Virus record (IMG/VR): IMGVR_UViG_3300021197_001653
Coordinates: 32,001-96,000 of that record
Length of the DNA: 64,000 nt
Reading direction: 5' to 3' (one strand)
Origin: a virus
Shown: in pieces, positions 51,351-61,262 of the stretch
Position numbering within the stretch: the first letter of the stretch is position 1
Layout: each line of letters begins with the position of its first letter
Notes under the pieces: model-generated
Database searches by the model: none
Told to the model about the DNA's origin: nothing
Seen by the model: the letters and a program-made list of their open reading frames with translations, nothing else
Translations under genes and position numbers: made by a program

Positions 51351-51694
51351 TATAAATATGTTATTAATCCAAATAATATACATAAATGTAATATTTGGTC
51401 TATTGCTGTCCAATTAATCATTTGCCTTTCATTCTTACCTTTAGGTAATAACATATCTATTAAGAAATGACTAGTACCATTAAGTGTTATAATAGCTAAT
51501 ATTGAACCATATTCATAATTAAAATACAATAAAAGACATGTGAAAAATATAGTAAAGGGTAATATATTAATTAACATATGCTCCATTACAGCACTTAATC
51601 CCTCTATATCTCTACCCTTTCTTCTAGCAACATGTCTTGGTTGTAATACCCAATCAAATAAGAAATGAAGTATTACTAATAATATATATATCAT
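51350..51694 (-). CDS. DUF3307-like membrane protein
   Basis: HFLFDWVLQ, H..ID and DQ.LH motifs. Confidence 0.75.
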   Translation of the reverse strand: MIYILLVILHFLFDWVLQPRHVARRKGRDIEGLSAVMEHMLINILPFTIFFTCLLLYFNYEYGSILAIITLNGTSHFLIDMLLPKGKNERQMINWTAIDQILHLCILFGLITYL

Positions 51695-52422
51695 TTTATT
51701 TGTTTTACAAAATTAATTAATTTATTTTGATTACAGTATGATGATTCATTATACTTCCATATTGAAATTACATCATTAACAGACAAGCATCTTTTATTCA
51801 TTAATAAATAATTTTCAGCATTTTCTTTTTTACCAAAAATATATTTTTTATCACATAATAAACTATTAGTATTAGCTGTACTTGTGTAATAACTAGTTGC
51901 TTTATTAGCGATAACATAATACTTATTACCTTTAAACATAGGTACACCATCATTTGTTATAAATAATGGTTTTAATACTCTTTTAGCATATTTTATTAGT
52001 AAACCAGCATTTTCTTTAGTTGAATTATTCTCTCCTAACCATAACCTAATTGAATTTTTTATAATTTCAAATCTTTTTATTACTTGAGTATAACTTGGTC
52101 TATTTTTTAATACATCACCAATAGTAAATACTTCACCATCACTAAGTCTTTTAATTGAATAAATTTTCATACCAGATTTAATAAGTTTATCAACAAATTC
52201 ATCTGTATAACCTTCCATTATATTTTCAATAATAGATGGTGATGTTTTTCTATTTAATGATAATATTTCATAATCTTTTTCAATCACTTCTTCCCAAAAT
52301 TCTGGATGATCACTACATATTAATGTTTTATCTGGTGTGGACCAAGCAATAATATTTATATCATTTATATACCCTAGCTGCGGAGAACCAGGGTATATTT
52401 TAATTAATCTATATTTTTTCAT
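51691..52422 (-). CDS. Hypothetical phage protein
   Basis: 243-aa ORF; contains YRLIK.YPGSP and IKRLSDGEVFTIGD, function not recognised. Confidence 0.6.
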   Translation of the reverse strand: MKKYRLIKIYPGSPQLGYINDINIIAWSTPDKTLICSDHPEFWEEVIEKDYEILSLNRKTSPSIIENIMEGYTDEFVDKLIKSGMKIYSIKRLSDGEVFTIGDVLKNRPSYTQVIKRFEIIKNSIRLWLGENNSTKENAGLLIKYAKRVLKPLFITNDGVPMFKGNKYYVIANKATSYYTSTANTNSLLCDKKYIFGKKENAENYLLMNKRCLSVNDVISIWKYNESSYCNQNKLINFVKQIK

Positions 52423-52433
52423 GATTCTTTTAT

Positions 52434-53159
52434 TTAAGCCTTCACCATTACTTCAATTGGATTTTTAACACCTATTAAATTAATTATTTGGGTTATAGCA
52501 AAAGGGCAGTTAAACTCTTCGGGGTGATATTGAAATGCTAAAATTGGTAAACTTTCATGTCTGAAAGCTTCAACAATAGTTAATACCTCACCATTTTTTT
52601 TAAATTTTTTAGCAACTAAATGTTTATGATCATGTAATGAATTACAACCTTGATATACAGCAGTGTGACCAATACCAATTAATCCATCTCCTAACTTTTT
52701 AACAGCTTGATGATGTATTGTATTAATTTTAATCTCTTCATTATCTTCTGTAATCATAGTTTGATTAGTAGATACTCTATCATCTCTATCTTGTTGATGA
52801 CCAATAATATGTTGGTATAATGACCCACCAAACATTACATTTAATGATTGCATACCTCTACATATCCCTATAATAGGCTTTTTAGCATCAATAAATGCTT
52901 TTGCTATAGTCATGTCCATAAATTCATAATGGGCATTAGAACGACCTGTTGCAGGATGAGGTGCCTCCCCATATCTAATAGGGTTTACATCTGCCCCACC
53001 AGGTATTAATAATACATCACAAGTATCTACTATTTCTTTAGGATTATCACTAGGTGTTATTAATCTAGGTATTCCAAAAAGACCTACAAAATTCATATAA
53101 GCTGTTGATTGACCTACTTTTCCATTAAAACTGTCTGCGTAAATTGCTATTATTTTCAT
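52434..53159 (-). CDS. Class I glutamine amidotransferase / gamma-glutamyl hydrolase (peptidase C26)
   Basis: PGGADV.P.RY, GICRGMQ, HHQAV and QYHPE motifs. Confidence 0.9.
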   Translation of the reverse strand: MKIIAIYADSFNGKVGQSTAYMNFVGLFGIPRLITPSDNPKEIVDTCDVLLIPGGADVNPIRYGEAPHPATGRSNAHYEFMDMTIAKAFIDAKKPIIGICRGMQSLNVMFGGSLYQHIIGHQQDRDDRVSTNQTMITEDNEEIKINTIHHQAVKKLGDGLIGIGHTAVYQGCNSLHDHKHLVAKKFKKNGEVLTIVEAFRHESLPILAFQYHPEEFNCPFAITQIINLIGVKNPIEVMVKA

Positions 53160-53182
53160 GTTTATTTTATTTATTTTATATT

Positions 53183-53620
53183 TTAATACTGTTTAAGCTG
53201 AATATTTAATAATTTCTCTGGTAAAAATTTTTCAGGGCATGTCAAAAAGAGTGTTTTACCCCAATCGATATATTCTGTAGCATCTTCATTACTTTTTTTA
53301 CCATAATCTTTATATTGAATTTGGACATAAGGTTTTTTAATAGAATCATCTATTTTAATTCTTATGTTTTCTATATCACACTCAATATATTTATAATAAT
53401 CATTAACTTTGGCAAACATTTTTACCTTGTTTTCTTTCTTTGTTGAACTATTCCAACTTGCAGCTATTAAGAAATAACTACCATTTGAAGATGTTGTTTT
53501 ATGTTGATCATTTACCAATTGTCTTAATTCAAATGATTCTGTTATATAAATATCTTTTGTTGAATAATGACAAGATGTAAATAATCCTAATATTAATATT
53601 AATTTAAATAATGTTTTCAT
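53183..53620 (-). CDS. Putative lipoprotein
   Basis: Signal peptide with lipobox LFTSC. Confidence 0.65.
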   Translation of the reverse strand: MKTLFKLILILGLFTSCHYSTKDIYITESFELRQLVNDQHKTTSSNGSYFLIAASWNSSTKKENKVKMFAKVNDYYKYIECDIENIRIKIDDSIKKPYVQIQYKDYGKKSNEDATEYIDWGKTLFLTCPEKFLPEKLLNIQLKQY

Positions 53621-53625
53621 AATAT

Positions 53626-54150
53626 TTATCTTTTAATTCCTAACTCCTCTAATGTTTTTGGTATATAATCTATTTGTTCACATGATACACCAATATACCT
53701 ATCATCTTTAGTACCTTTATGTGTATCTCTAGTATTAGATATTGTTTCTTTAACTACACTATATTCATGTAAATGAGCATGTATATTTTTAGAAACCCTA
53801 TATTCTAATTCTTGAGGATGTATTGGGCAATGTGTTAAGAATACACCTTTATAACGAACCATTGAAGCTACTGACTTAACATATTTTAATAATTCTGGTA
53901 TATGTTTAGCTTCATCATGATTACCCAGTATTACTTTTTTAATACCATTCATTTGATCTAGATAAAAATACCACTTATCTGTGTGCATTGTTATATCCCC
54001 CATTAAATAAGTTACATCTTTTTTATGAACTACTGAATTATGTTTTTTGATTATATATTCAGCCATCTCAAAAGAATCTTTAAAACCTCTTCTTTTAGCA
54101 CATGATTCATGTCCAAAATGATGATCTCCTATAAATCTTACAATACTCAT
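53626..54150 (-). CDS. Calcineurin-like metallophosphoesterase
   Basis: GDHHFGH, GD, GNHD, TH.P and HAHLH motifs. Confidence 0.9.
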   Translation of the reverse strand: MSIVRFIGDHHFGHESCAKRRGFKDSFEMAEYIIKKHNSVVHKKDVTYLMGDITMHTDKWYFYLDQMNGIKKVILGNHDEAKHIPELLKYVKSVASMVRYKGVFLTHCPIHPQELEYRVSKNIHAHLHEYSVVKETISNTRDTHKGTKDDRYIGVSCEQIDYIPKTLEELGIKR

Positions 54151-54154
54151 TTTT

Positions 54155-54442
54155 TTATTTTTTTAGTTGTTTTTTTCTTTCTTTCATTAATCCCATATAA
54201 GTACCAAAAGCACCACCTCCTATGTGTCCTATAAGAGGTAGTATTTTTAGTTCTAATATTGAATCAACACCAATTGCAACAGCCACTAACCATGATACAC
54301 CTATACCTATACCTGTAAGTATAGATGGTAGTACCAATAATTTACTAGTATATATTACATTTAAGGTTCTTAACCATAAAAATGCACTTTGACTAATAAA
54401 TACAATTACTGCTAGTTCCAAATTTGATAAATTTTCAAACAT
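54155..54442 (-). CDS. Small membrane protein (DUF5698-like)
   Basis: Three TM segments; LRT and G.A.GTY.G motifs. Confidence 0.55.
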   Translation of the reverse strand: MFENLSNLELAVIVFISQSAFLWLRTLNVIYTSKLLVLPSILTGIGIGVSWLVAVAIGVDSILELKILPLIGHIGGGAFGTYMGLMKERKKQLKK

Positions 54443-54446
54443 AGTT

Positions 54447-55988
54447 TTAATTATTTTTTATTCTATCTCTAATTTCAAAGAGACTTACTTGATTATATAA
54501 TTGTCCATCTTGGAATATTACTTTAAGTTCACCTTTAGCTTCAGATTCCCAATCTTGTTCATTTAATAGAACATACTTACCATCTGTTTCAATAACTGAT
54601 AATAAACCTTTAGCTGATTTCTTAGAACCATCTCCAGTTTTAGGGTCTTTAAATATAGATTTACCTACTTTGATAATATCTGGCATTCCTGATGAACATA
54701 CATTTTTAAAACATTCCTTTTTAAATTCTACATATGTAGCTTTAAAAGCTTGACCATGGCTATCTCTAGTATTAAATTGATAAGTAAAACTACCAATTCC
54801 AGCTACCCAATTAATAGAAGCAAAACCTTTATCCATTAATCTTTGGCAGATTTGATTAGCTCTATCATAAGTAATAGCATCACCATATATTAATCCTACA
54901 TGTTCATCTAAAAGTTTAAAACCTTTTTCTGTTTCTGTAGTACCAAATATTTCAGATAATATTTCAATAGCACCTTTATGTTCAGGTGTATCAGGTATAT
55001 TTTTATAATCACCACAAATAATATCTACTGGATTACCACTATCAGGTCTAAATACTACTTTACCATTTCTAGCCATAATAGCTTCTTTTCTCTGAGGAAC
55101 TACTTCTGTTAAAAATTTCCAGAAATCAAATCCATCACAAACTATTGAAACAATACCTGTTGGAAACTTTTCTAAAATAGCATCTAAATAAGCTAATTCT
55201 TCTCCATCTTTAGGATTAAAATAAGCACATTGAACTGAATGTTCTGTTGCAGGGACACTAGTTTGTACTAAATTAAATTTATCCCAATCGTTCTGACCTG
55301 AATCATAATAATATTGAGCATCTAAATAAGATGAAACTGTATCTCCACCACTAAATGATGTATCGTGCCCTAAACCTATTGAACTTGATGCTTCCCAACC
55401 AAAGTCTCCTCTGGCACTAAAATCATGTCCTTGAAATTGAACAAAATCAGTATTACCTACTGTTTTTATTGCATAATCTTCAAATAATAATCTATAATCA
55501 TTAGCTATAGTAGCTGTAGTAACTTGATGCCATATTTCAGATGACATATAAGTTTCTAAGTAATTGGTTAACCAATAACATTTTGGATCAGTATTATACA
55601 TTGTCATGTATGGTACTCCAAATGGCACTTTAGAACCCTCTGGTAAACCTTTGATAACTAATGGTAAATAACCTAATTTATGTAAATAAGATAAATGATC
55701 TACAGCATATTCAGCACCAGTGAATGATGTTAATTGCTTTTTAATAAAATTCATTACATCATCATGTGGTAAGTCAAAGAAATCTTGAAATTTATCTTTC
55801 AATAATCTCACTAGTCTTTGTTGACCAAATGATATTACATAATCTTTATTAGGTCCTTTATAATGTTTACAATGTCTTGCTGTTGCATTACTATACACAG
55901 TTACTGTATTAGATGGATACATTTGTCTATGAAACAATTTATATGCGTCTAATAATAATACTATTAATCTTAAGTGTTCTCTTTTCAT
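54447..55988 (-). CDS. nadV: Nicotinamide phosphoribosyltransferase homologue (Nampt/Namat)
   Basis: DAYK, HDFSARG, VPATEHS, FRPDSG, GLIYGD and KDP.T..KKSAKG motifs. Confidence 0.92.
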   Translation of the reverse strand: MKREHLRLIVLLLDAYKLFHRQMYPSNTVTVYSNATARHCKHYKGPNKDYVISFGQQRLVRLLKDKFQDFFDLPHDDVMNFIKKQLTSFTGAEYAVDHLSYLHKLGYLPLVIKGLPEGSKVPFGVPYMTMYNTDPKCYWLTNYLETYMSSEIWHQVTTATIANDYRLLFEDYAIKTVGNTDFVQFQGHDFSARGDFGWEASSSIGLGHDTSFSGGDTVSSYLDAQYYYDSGQNDWDKFNLVQTSVPATEHSVQCAYFNPKDGEELAYLDAILEKFPTGIVSIVCDGFDFWKFLTEVVPQRKEAIMARNGKVVFRPDSGNPVDIICGDYKNIPDTPEHKGAIEILSEIFGTTETEKGFKLLDEHVGLIYGDAITYDRANQICQRLMDKGFASINWVAGIGSFTYQFNTRDSHGQAFKATYVEFKKECFKNVCSSGMPDIIKVGKSIFKDPKTGDGSKKSAKGLLSVIETDGKYVLLNEQDWESEAKGELKVIFQDGQLYNQVSLFEIRDRIKNN

Positions 55989-55989
55989 G

Positions 55990-56886
55990 TTAAAAATTAT
56001 AAATTAGAAATTCAGATATATGCATTGGTTTCATCATTAAATGTTTTACATTCTCTAATGTAGCATGTGTATCATCTATTAATGTTACTTGATGTTTTTT
56101 TAATTTGTAAAATTGACGCAAATTTTCAAGCATTTCTGCTTTATGTCTACCAGAATTTACAAAATGTCTACGATCTTTTGGTATATTATAATGTTTATCT
56201 AACCATTTCATTTTTTCAATATAAGAAAATGAATTTGGTATAGCTGATAAAATATACAATTTATGTTTTGCTGGGTCTAAAGCATTTAATTTATCTATCA
56301 CCATTTGTACAGGTGGTAAATATTTAAATAATTGACTGTTAACAAAATCTATTTTACCATTTATTTTAGGTAAAGTAGTTAATGCAGCTAATACACCATC
56401 CATATCTATAAAAATATGTTCATGTGTAAAAAATTCTATAACTGATATTTTATTAACTAAATTAGATAATATTTGAAATTGGGCATTTTCTTTTGCAGAT
56501 TTTTCTATAATAGCTTCAACAGGAACTTTTCTTTCCCTAATTGAATTTCTTTTTAAACACACTTCAATAGGTGTTTTAATATGTATTAATTCTACATAAT
56601 AACCTTTTTCTTGAAGCATTTTTATAATTCTTGTTGTATAAGAATTATTAATACCTCCACCGTCCATTATCAATTGTATTTTTTCATCTGATAATAAATT
56701 CATAACTTTTTCAGCTTTCTTAACACTCCATTCATGAAGTAAAAAAGCTTTATTTGGGTTATAATCTTTATGAGATTCCTTATATGCATCTGCTGACACA
56801 ATCTTATAATCTCTTACATTATCTTCCACATTAAGCCAGGAACTTTTACCTGCTAATGGAAGACCCATTAAAATTTTTGCTTTCAT
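55990..56886 (-). CDS. P-loop kinase (AAA_33) fused to a HAD 5'(3')-nucleotidase
   Basis: GLPLAGKS and R...RERKVP, then IDMDGVLA, K..WL and LIDD. Confidence 0.82.
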   Translation of the reverse strand: MKAKILMGLPLAGKSSWLNVEDNVRDYKIVSADAYKESHKDYNPNKAFLLHEWSVKKAEKVMNLLSDEKIQLIMDGGGINNSYTTRIIKMLQEKGYYVELIHIKTPIEVCLKRNSIRERKVPVEAIIEKSAKENAQFQILSNLVNKISVIEFFTHEHIFIDMDGVLAALTTLPKINGKIDFVNSQLFKYLPPVQMVIDKLNALDPAKHKLYILSAIPNSFSYIEKMKWLDKHYNIPKDRRHFVNSGRHKAEMLENLRQFYKLKKHQVTLIDDTHATLENVKHLMMKPMHISEFLIYNF

Positions 56887-56893
56887 TTTTTAT

Positions 56894-57052
56894 TTATTTT
56901 TTAATCCATTTATTAAAAACTACGGGATAATTCTTAACATTATCAACACTTTTTGGTGTTTTACCACATTTACATTTTGGTATTGACATTGCAAATCGTT
57001 CTATTTTTATTATTTGTTTACAACAAGTATATAATCTTGGTTTACCATACAT
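56894..57052 (-). CDS. Small Cys-rich 52-aa ORF not in the track
   Basis: MYGKPRLYTCCK...PKCKCGK fills the gap between prs and the kinase gene. Confidence 0.5.
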   Translation of the reverse strand: MYGKPRLYTCCKQIIKIERFAMSIPKCKCGKTPKSVDNVKNYPVVFNKWIKK

Positions 57053-57053
57053 A

Positions 57054-57908
57054 TTAAAACATTTTTATAATTTCTAAATTTTTAGGCATACCTTTAATTA
57101 TATCAGAACCACCTTTTTCTCTAACTTCTTGATAATGATAAGTATCAAATTTACTATTAGTTGTAAATACTTTATCAAAATAATTAGTAACTGGATCATT
57201 ACCTAAATCTTGTACAGTCATATGACTTACAGCTAAATAGAGTTTGCCCACGTTACAATCTTTTAACATAGTAGCTAATCCTTTAAAAGTACCACCATAT
57301 ACAGATATATCATCTATAATAAGGATATCTTTACCTCCAAAATTAATTCTTGGTAAATTTTGACTTAATTTAGTTTTACCATCTTTATCATAAGTACGTG
57401 ACTTACTTGCAGAAGCTGTTTCCCCCTTCCAATCTAACTTTTCACAAAGTTTCATTAAAGGTTTAAATCCACCCGCATCAGAAGACATTAATATTAAACT
57501 TTCTACAAAATCTTTTTTTGAACCTTTAATATCTTTAGCACGTTTAATCATTACTCTTTTAATAAAATCACTGTTATCAATAATCTCTACATTATCCATC
57601 ATAGCTTCTACTACTTCAGGATTATGTGGATGAAATATCTTGAAATTAGCGTTTATCCCATTAAGAAATTTACATACTAATTTTAAACCACTTGATTCTC
57701 CTGTATTAAATCTTCTATCTGCTTGAGCATCTAATAAATTTGGTATGATTATAGTAGGTTTATTTTTATGTACATTCCAATAAGCATCCACTGCTTGATT
57801 TAAGTGCCATAAACTTTCATAACCATTTATTCTAAATGAATTATTATGTAATCCAACAGATATATTATTTACATAACTACTCCCATCTGGGTATTTGTTT
57901 ATTTCCAT
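57054..57908 (-). CDS. prs: PRPP synthetase homologue (Prs/Adps)
   Basis: YPDG, QADRRF, HPH, SDAGG, IIDDISVYGGTF and LAVSH motifs. Confidence 0.9.
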   Translation of the reverse strand: MEINKYPDGSSYVNNISVGLHNNSFRINGYESLWHLNQAVDAYWNVHKNKPTIIIPNLLDAQADRRFNTGESSGLKLVCKFLNGINANFKIFHPHNPEVVEAMMDNVEIIDNSDFIKRVMIKRAKDIKGSKKDFVESLILMSSDAGGFKPLMKLCEKLDWKGETASASKSRTYDKDGKTKLSQNLPRINFGGKDILIIDDISVYGGTFKGLATMLKDCNVGKLYLAVSHMTVQDLGNDPVTNYFDKVFTTNSKFDTYHYQEVREKGGSDIIKGMPKNLEIIKMF

Positions 57909-57909
57909 A

Positions 57910-58077
57910 TTAATTTATTGTTTTATTTACCATTCTTATAAATCCTCTTATAAAACATAAGAGACTTAATATTTTCATATCAGCTCCATAAAATATAATT
58001 CCTAATGTATAAAAAGGCATTATAACAAACGATACCGCTGTTATTACTATCCAAGCTAATATTTCATATATATTCAT
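57910..58077 (-). CDS. Small 55-aa membrane protein not in the track
   Basis: Hydrophobic ORF that fills the gap exactly. Confidence 0.45.
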   Translation of the reverse strand: MNIYEILAWIVITAVSFVIMPFYTLGIIFYGADMKILSLLCFIRGFIRMVNKTIN

Positions 58078-58078
58078 C

Positions 58079-58642
58079 TTAAGTCATTTTAATTCTTAAT
58101 TTTTTAATTGTTTTATGACAATACTTTATTTGGTGAATACAATCATGTATTGCATTATGTTTCTCACCAACAAATTTCATATTCTTCTTTATTTCTGGTA
58201 TCATACAGCTTGTAGTTCTAACATCACGTTCTAACCAAGTATTCCAAAAGGCATTGAATGTGTATCCAATACTTTTTCTATACCAACCGTTTAATATACC
58301 AATGTCAAATCTGTTTGAATTACCCCACACTTTAATTTTTTTATTGTCTTTAAGACTATTAAAATATTTTTGGAATTCTATACCAACTTCAACATATGTA
58401 TTTTTACTTTTAGATAGCTTTTGGAACAAAGTTTCATTTGTTCTGTGCCACCATGCTAATGTACCTTTATCAAATTTATACCCATTTTTTATTTGATGGT
58501 CTAAATTAATAGACATCTCAAACACATTCTTAGATATATCACCTGTATTTATATTAAAAGGTACAGCTGCTATTTGGATTATAGCACAACCAGGCTCTCT
58601 ACCTGCTGTTTCTATATCCAGCATTAAATCTGTATACTTCAT
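58079..58642 (-). CDS. DEDDh 3'-5' exonuclease (Rv2179c/DUF5051-like)
   Basis: MLDIET, WGN..RFD, RDVRT and HNAIHDC motifs. Confidence 0.85.
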   Translation of the reverse strand: MKYTDLMLDIETAGREPGCAIIQIAAVPFNINTGDISKNVFEMSINLDHQIKNGYKFDKGTLAWWHRTNETLFQKLSKSKNTYVEVGIEFQKYFNSLKDNKKIKVWGNSNRFDIGILNGWYRKSIGYTFNAFWNTWLERDVRTTSCMIPEIKKNMKFVGEKHNAIHDCIHQIKYCHKTIKKLRIKMT

Positions 58643-58645
58643 CTC

Positions 58646-58966
58646 CTACTTCAAATTTTTATCAATATATCTGTCATCCATATCTTTTCTGAATAGATGC
58701 ATATATGATAGGAACATTGCATTACATAATATATGTCCAACATGTTCTATTTTACTCTCTGGGTCATTGTCTTCACCGTCTATAAACGCATTTAAATGCC
58801 TTTGTAGGCTCTCACACGTTTCAGTGATACTAACCCCTTTCTTCCAATTATTTGGGCTGTATTTCTTAGCTCCAAACATTAGTACTTTAATCATTGGTTC
58901 CATAGCTTTCCAGCTTATCAATGACCATTTTAACTTACCTTCATTAAATCTATCTCCTTGCTCCAT
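58646..58966 (-). CDS. dATP/dGTP diphosphohydrolase domain protein (DUF5664)
   Basis: GK..W.L, FGAKKY...NW.KG, RH and D.ES...H..H...N motifs. Confidence 0.85.
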   Translation of the reverse strand: MEQGDRFNEGKLKWSLISWKAMEPMIKVLMFGAKKYSPNNWKKGVSITETCESLQRHLNAFIDGEDNDPESKIEHVGHILCNAMFLSYMHLFRKDMDDRYIDKNLK

Positions 58967-58979
58967 TGTTAAAATTTAT

Positions 58980-59017
58980 AAAAAATATGCAAAGGCTACT
59001 TAAAACCCTTGCATATT
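58980..59017 (-). terminator. Rho-independent terminator downstream of dnaB
   Basis: AATATGCAAGGG / CCTTTGCATATT stem plus U-tract on the - strand. Confidence 0.6.
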
Positions 59018-59139
59018 ATATATTTATCTAGTAATTGTATCTACTAGCTCTTTTCCAAATCATTCTAGGGGTATTTCTATATAACCCAACGATTCTGTTT
59101 TTAAAATAATTATCTCTAATTTGCGGTGTTACCATTTAT

Positions 59140-60087
59140 TTATCTTATTGTATTTACAAAATCATAAACTTGTTTCATATTTACTTCATCTTTTGGTAAA
59201 GGTAGCTCTTTAAAGTAATTCACTGCACCATCAAAATATAATGGGCAGATAGTACCAGCACCGCCTTCTCTACCACCTAAAATTTCTAAGAATCTAATAT
59301 TATCTTTAAAAAATCTAATATCATAATCTTTGTATTCAGGTATTTCATGTCTAAAAGGATTAAATAATCCTAATATAACATCAGCATCTCTCTGGGTAAG
59401 TTTACAATCCCCTAATCCATCTAAACTAGGTTTAAGCTTGTTAGCTTTAAAATTATCTAAACTCTCTTGAGAAGATGCTTGCTGTTGTATTACTACAAGT
59501 GAATATTTATATTTGTTACGTAGTCTAATTAAATAATCTGACGATAATTTAACAATAGATGCATGTAAACCCATTTGTTTACCATCTATACTCTCCGTGG
59601 AGATTAAACTAATATGGTCAATAAAAACCATAACATATTCATCTGGATCATTTGGTTCATAATAATCATCAATCTCTTTTTCAAAGAGCTCACCTGTTTT
59701 ATTATTTACAAATTCAACTTTCTTAGTATGTTGTGTTCCATTATTAACCGCATATTCTCTAACAAATTTATATATACCTGTTGGATTTCTAATATCATCA
59801 ATGAATTCAACTATTTCTTCAATTTTCTCAAAATAAGGTTTATATTTCTCAATAACTTCTAATACGTTATCTGGTAATACATTATCTTCCTTGGTACTTC
59901 TTAAATCTTTAGGTGCTATTCTTATTCCCTCTTTTACATAAAGTATATTAGAGAATGCTGATAACATTTTTTGTTCTTTAGACATCTCTAAAGTAAAATA
60001 AAATATTTTTAATCTTATGTTTAAGTCGTTATCTACGACTTGTTGAATAGTATTATACAGATAAAGCCAATCAGCTATCTGCGTTTT
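59140..60087 (-). CDS. dnaB: DnaB-like replicative helicase, exon 2 (begins KTQIAD; the track's TTG start is the intron 3' end)
   Basis: YFTLEM, FIDHISL, IQQ, DAD and REG motifs; starts with the second half of Walker A. Confidence 0.9.
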   Translation of the reverse strand, partial: KTQIADWLYLYNTIQQVVDNDLNIRLKIFYFTLEMSKEQKMLSAFSNILYVKEGIRIAPKDLRSTKEDNVLPDNVLEVIEKYKPYFEKIEEIVEFIDDIRNPTGIYKFVREYAVNNGTQHTKKVEFVNNKTGELFEKEIDDYYEPNDPDEYVMVFIDHISLISTESIDGKQMGLHASIVKLSSDYLIRLRNKYKYSLVVIQQQASSQESLDNFKANKLKPSLDGLGDCKLTQRDADVILGLFNPFRHEIPEYKDYDIRFFKDNIRFLEILGGREGGAGTICPLYFDGAVNYFKELPLPKDEVNMKQVYDFVNTIR

Positions 60088-60094
60088 CAATTTG

Positions 60095-60487
60095 TTACTT
60101 ATTAAATATAGAATTGTATAGATTTTCTAAATACTCTGGTGTATATTTACCATAATTTGAAAATCTAAAGGTGTTTTTATACCTATTAGTTACTCGTTCT
60201 TCAGATACACACCAAAATTTATGTTTATGAGTATATTTGAAAAACACTATATTTTTAATATCAGGGCATCTATATGCTCTAAATTGTTGTGATACTAAGC
60301 ATTCCATTAATAATGCTTCACTCACACCTTTAAATCTATATAATTTAAATAAATCTCCAAAAGTTCTTCTTGCATATATTTTATCATCATTTTTAAAAAG
60401 TTTAAATTTAAAATAATCTAAAACTACATTTCTAGGTCTACTTGGGCATTTATTATTTAAGTCCTTTATTAATTCTTCTTTATTCAT
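60095..60487 (-). CDS. Intron-borne hypothetical protein in loop L9.2
   Basis: Closed by a 13-bp inverted repeat, 60492-60504 / 60101-60113; its last codons form the 3' strand. Confidence 0.65.
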   Translation of the reverse strand: MNKEELIKDLNNKCPSRPRNVVLDYFKFKLFKNDDKIYARRTFGDLFKLYRFKGVSEALLMECLVSQQFRAYRCPDIKNIVFFKYTHKHKFWCVSEERVTNRYKNTFRFSNYGKYTPEYLENLYNSIFNK

Positions 60488-60561
60488 TTTTTTCTATATT
60501 TAATTGGTTCAGTCATTTCTGCTGAACTCTATAATTTATAATAAAAAAATATAAAAATTAA

Positions 60562-61203
60562 TTAATCAACACAATTTAATAACCATGTTTTAATAGTATT
60601 ACCACTGTTGCTATTTATAGCTGTTTCATGAGAGTCTGTTAACTCTTCTAACCCAGTATCAACAATACTAAAACGATTATGATTTGTATTTGTAGATAAC
60701 ACTGCCATACAACTAGTGTTCTCTTTAATTAATTCAAAACAAGTTTTAGATATATGTGTTGTTAATTCACGTCTTTCCTCTGCATTTATAGTATTAAACC
60801 TTTGACCAAAGTTATAAATAGATGTAGAAAAAGCATTTAAATTATATATTTGATTTACACCACAACTAATCTCTGAACCACTTAAAGATAAACTGGGGCT
60901 AGCATTATAATTTCTTCTACCAACATTATATGTGATATCAAAATCATATGCACGACCTACATCCATATTAATAACAAGCGCTTCTTTAATAGAATCTAAT
61001 GTTGGATTAACAACAGGTTCTTCTACTACTTCCTCAACAATTGCTTGTCTAATTTCTTCAAATAATTTCTTTGAATAAGAAGCTATTTTATTCTTATCAT
61101 TTTCTATATTATACATATCTCTTGTACTCCCTAATATAATATAAGGATTACCTTTTGTTAATGCATAATTTTTAGCATTAATACAAGTTACTTGTTTTGC
61201 CAT
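60562..61203 (-). CDS. Intron-borne hypothetical protein in loop L9
   Basis: Enclosed by CTATAA (61243-61238) / TTATAG (60534-60529). Confidence 0.7.
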   Translation of the reverse strand: MAKQVTCINAKNYALTKGNPYIILGSTRDMYNIENDKNKIASYSKKLFEEIRQAIVEEVVEEPVVNPTLDSIKEALVINMDVGRAYDFDITYNVGRRNYNASPSLSLSGSEISCGVNQIYNLNAFSTSIYNFGQRFNTINAEERRELTTHISKTCFELIKENTSCMAVLSTNTNHNRFSIVDTGLEELTDSHETAINSNSGNTIKTWLLNCVD

Positions 61204-61262
61204 TTTAATTAATTTTTTAAATTTTTATTGTTTATATTTATAGTTCGGACTGTCTCATCAAC

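Noticed and set aside
58646-58966. Z-base (2-aminoadenine) genome system
   Set aside because: A DUF5664 gene is present, but no PurZ or DatZ gene is visible in this window.
2710-59862. Short antisense ORFs in the track (e.g. 2710, 4757, 12289, 12649, 17382, 24218, 44833, 59614)
   Set aside because: They lie opposite well-supported genes and look like shadow frames.
60088-60090. TTG start codon for the 316-aa helicase ORF
   Set aside because: It is the intron's terminal UUG (omega-G); starting there would cut Walker A in half.
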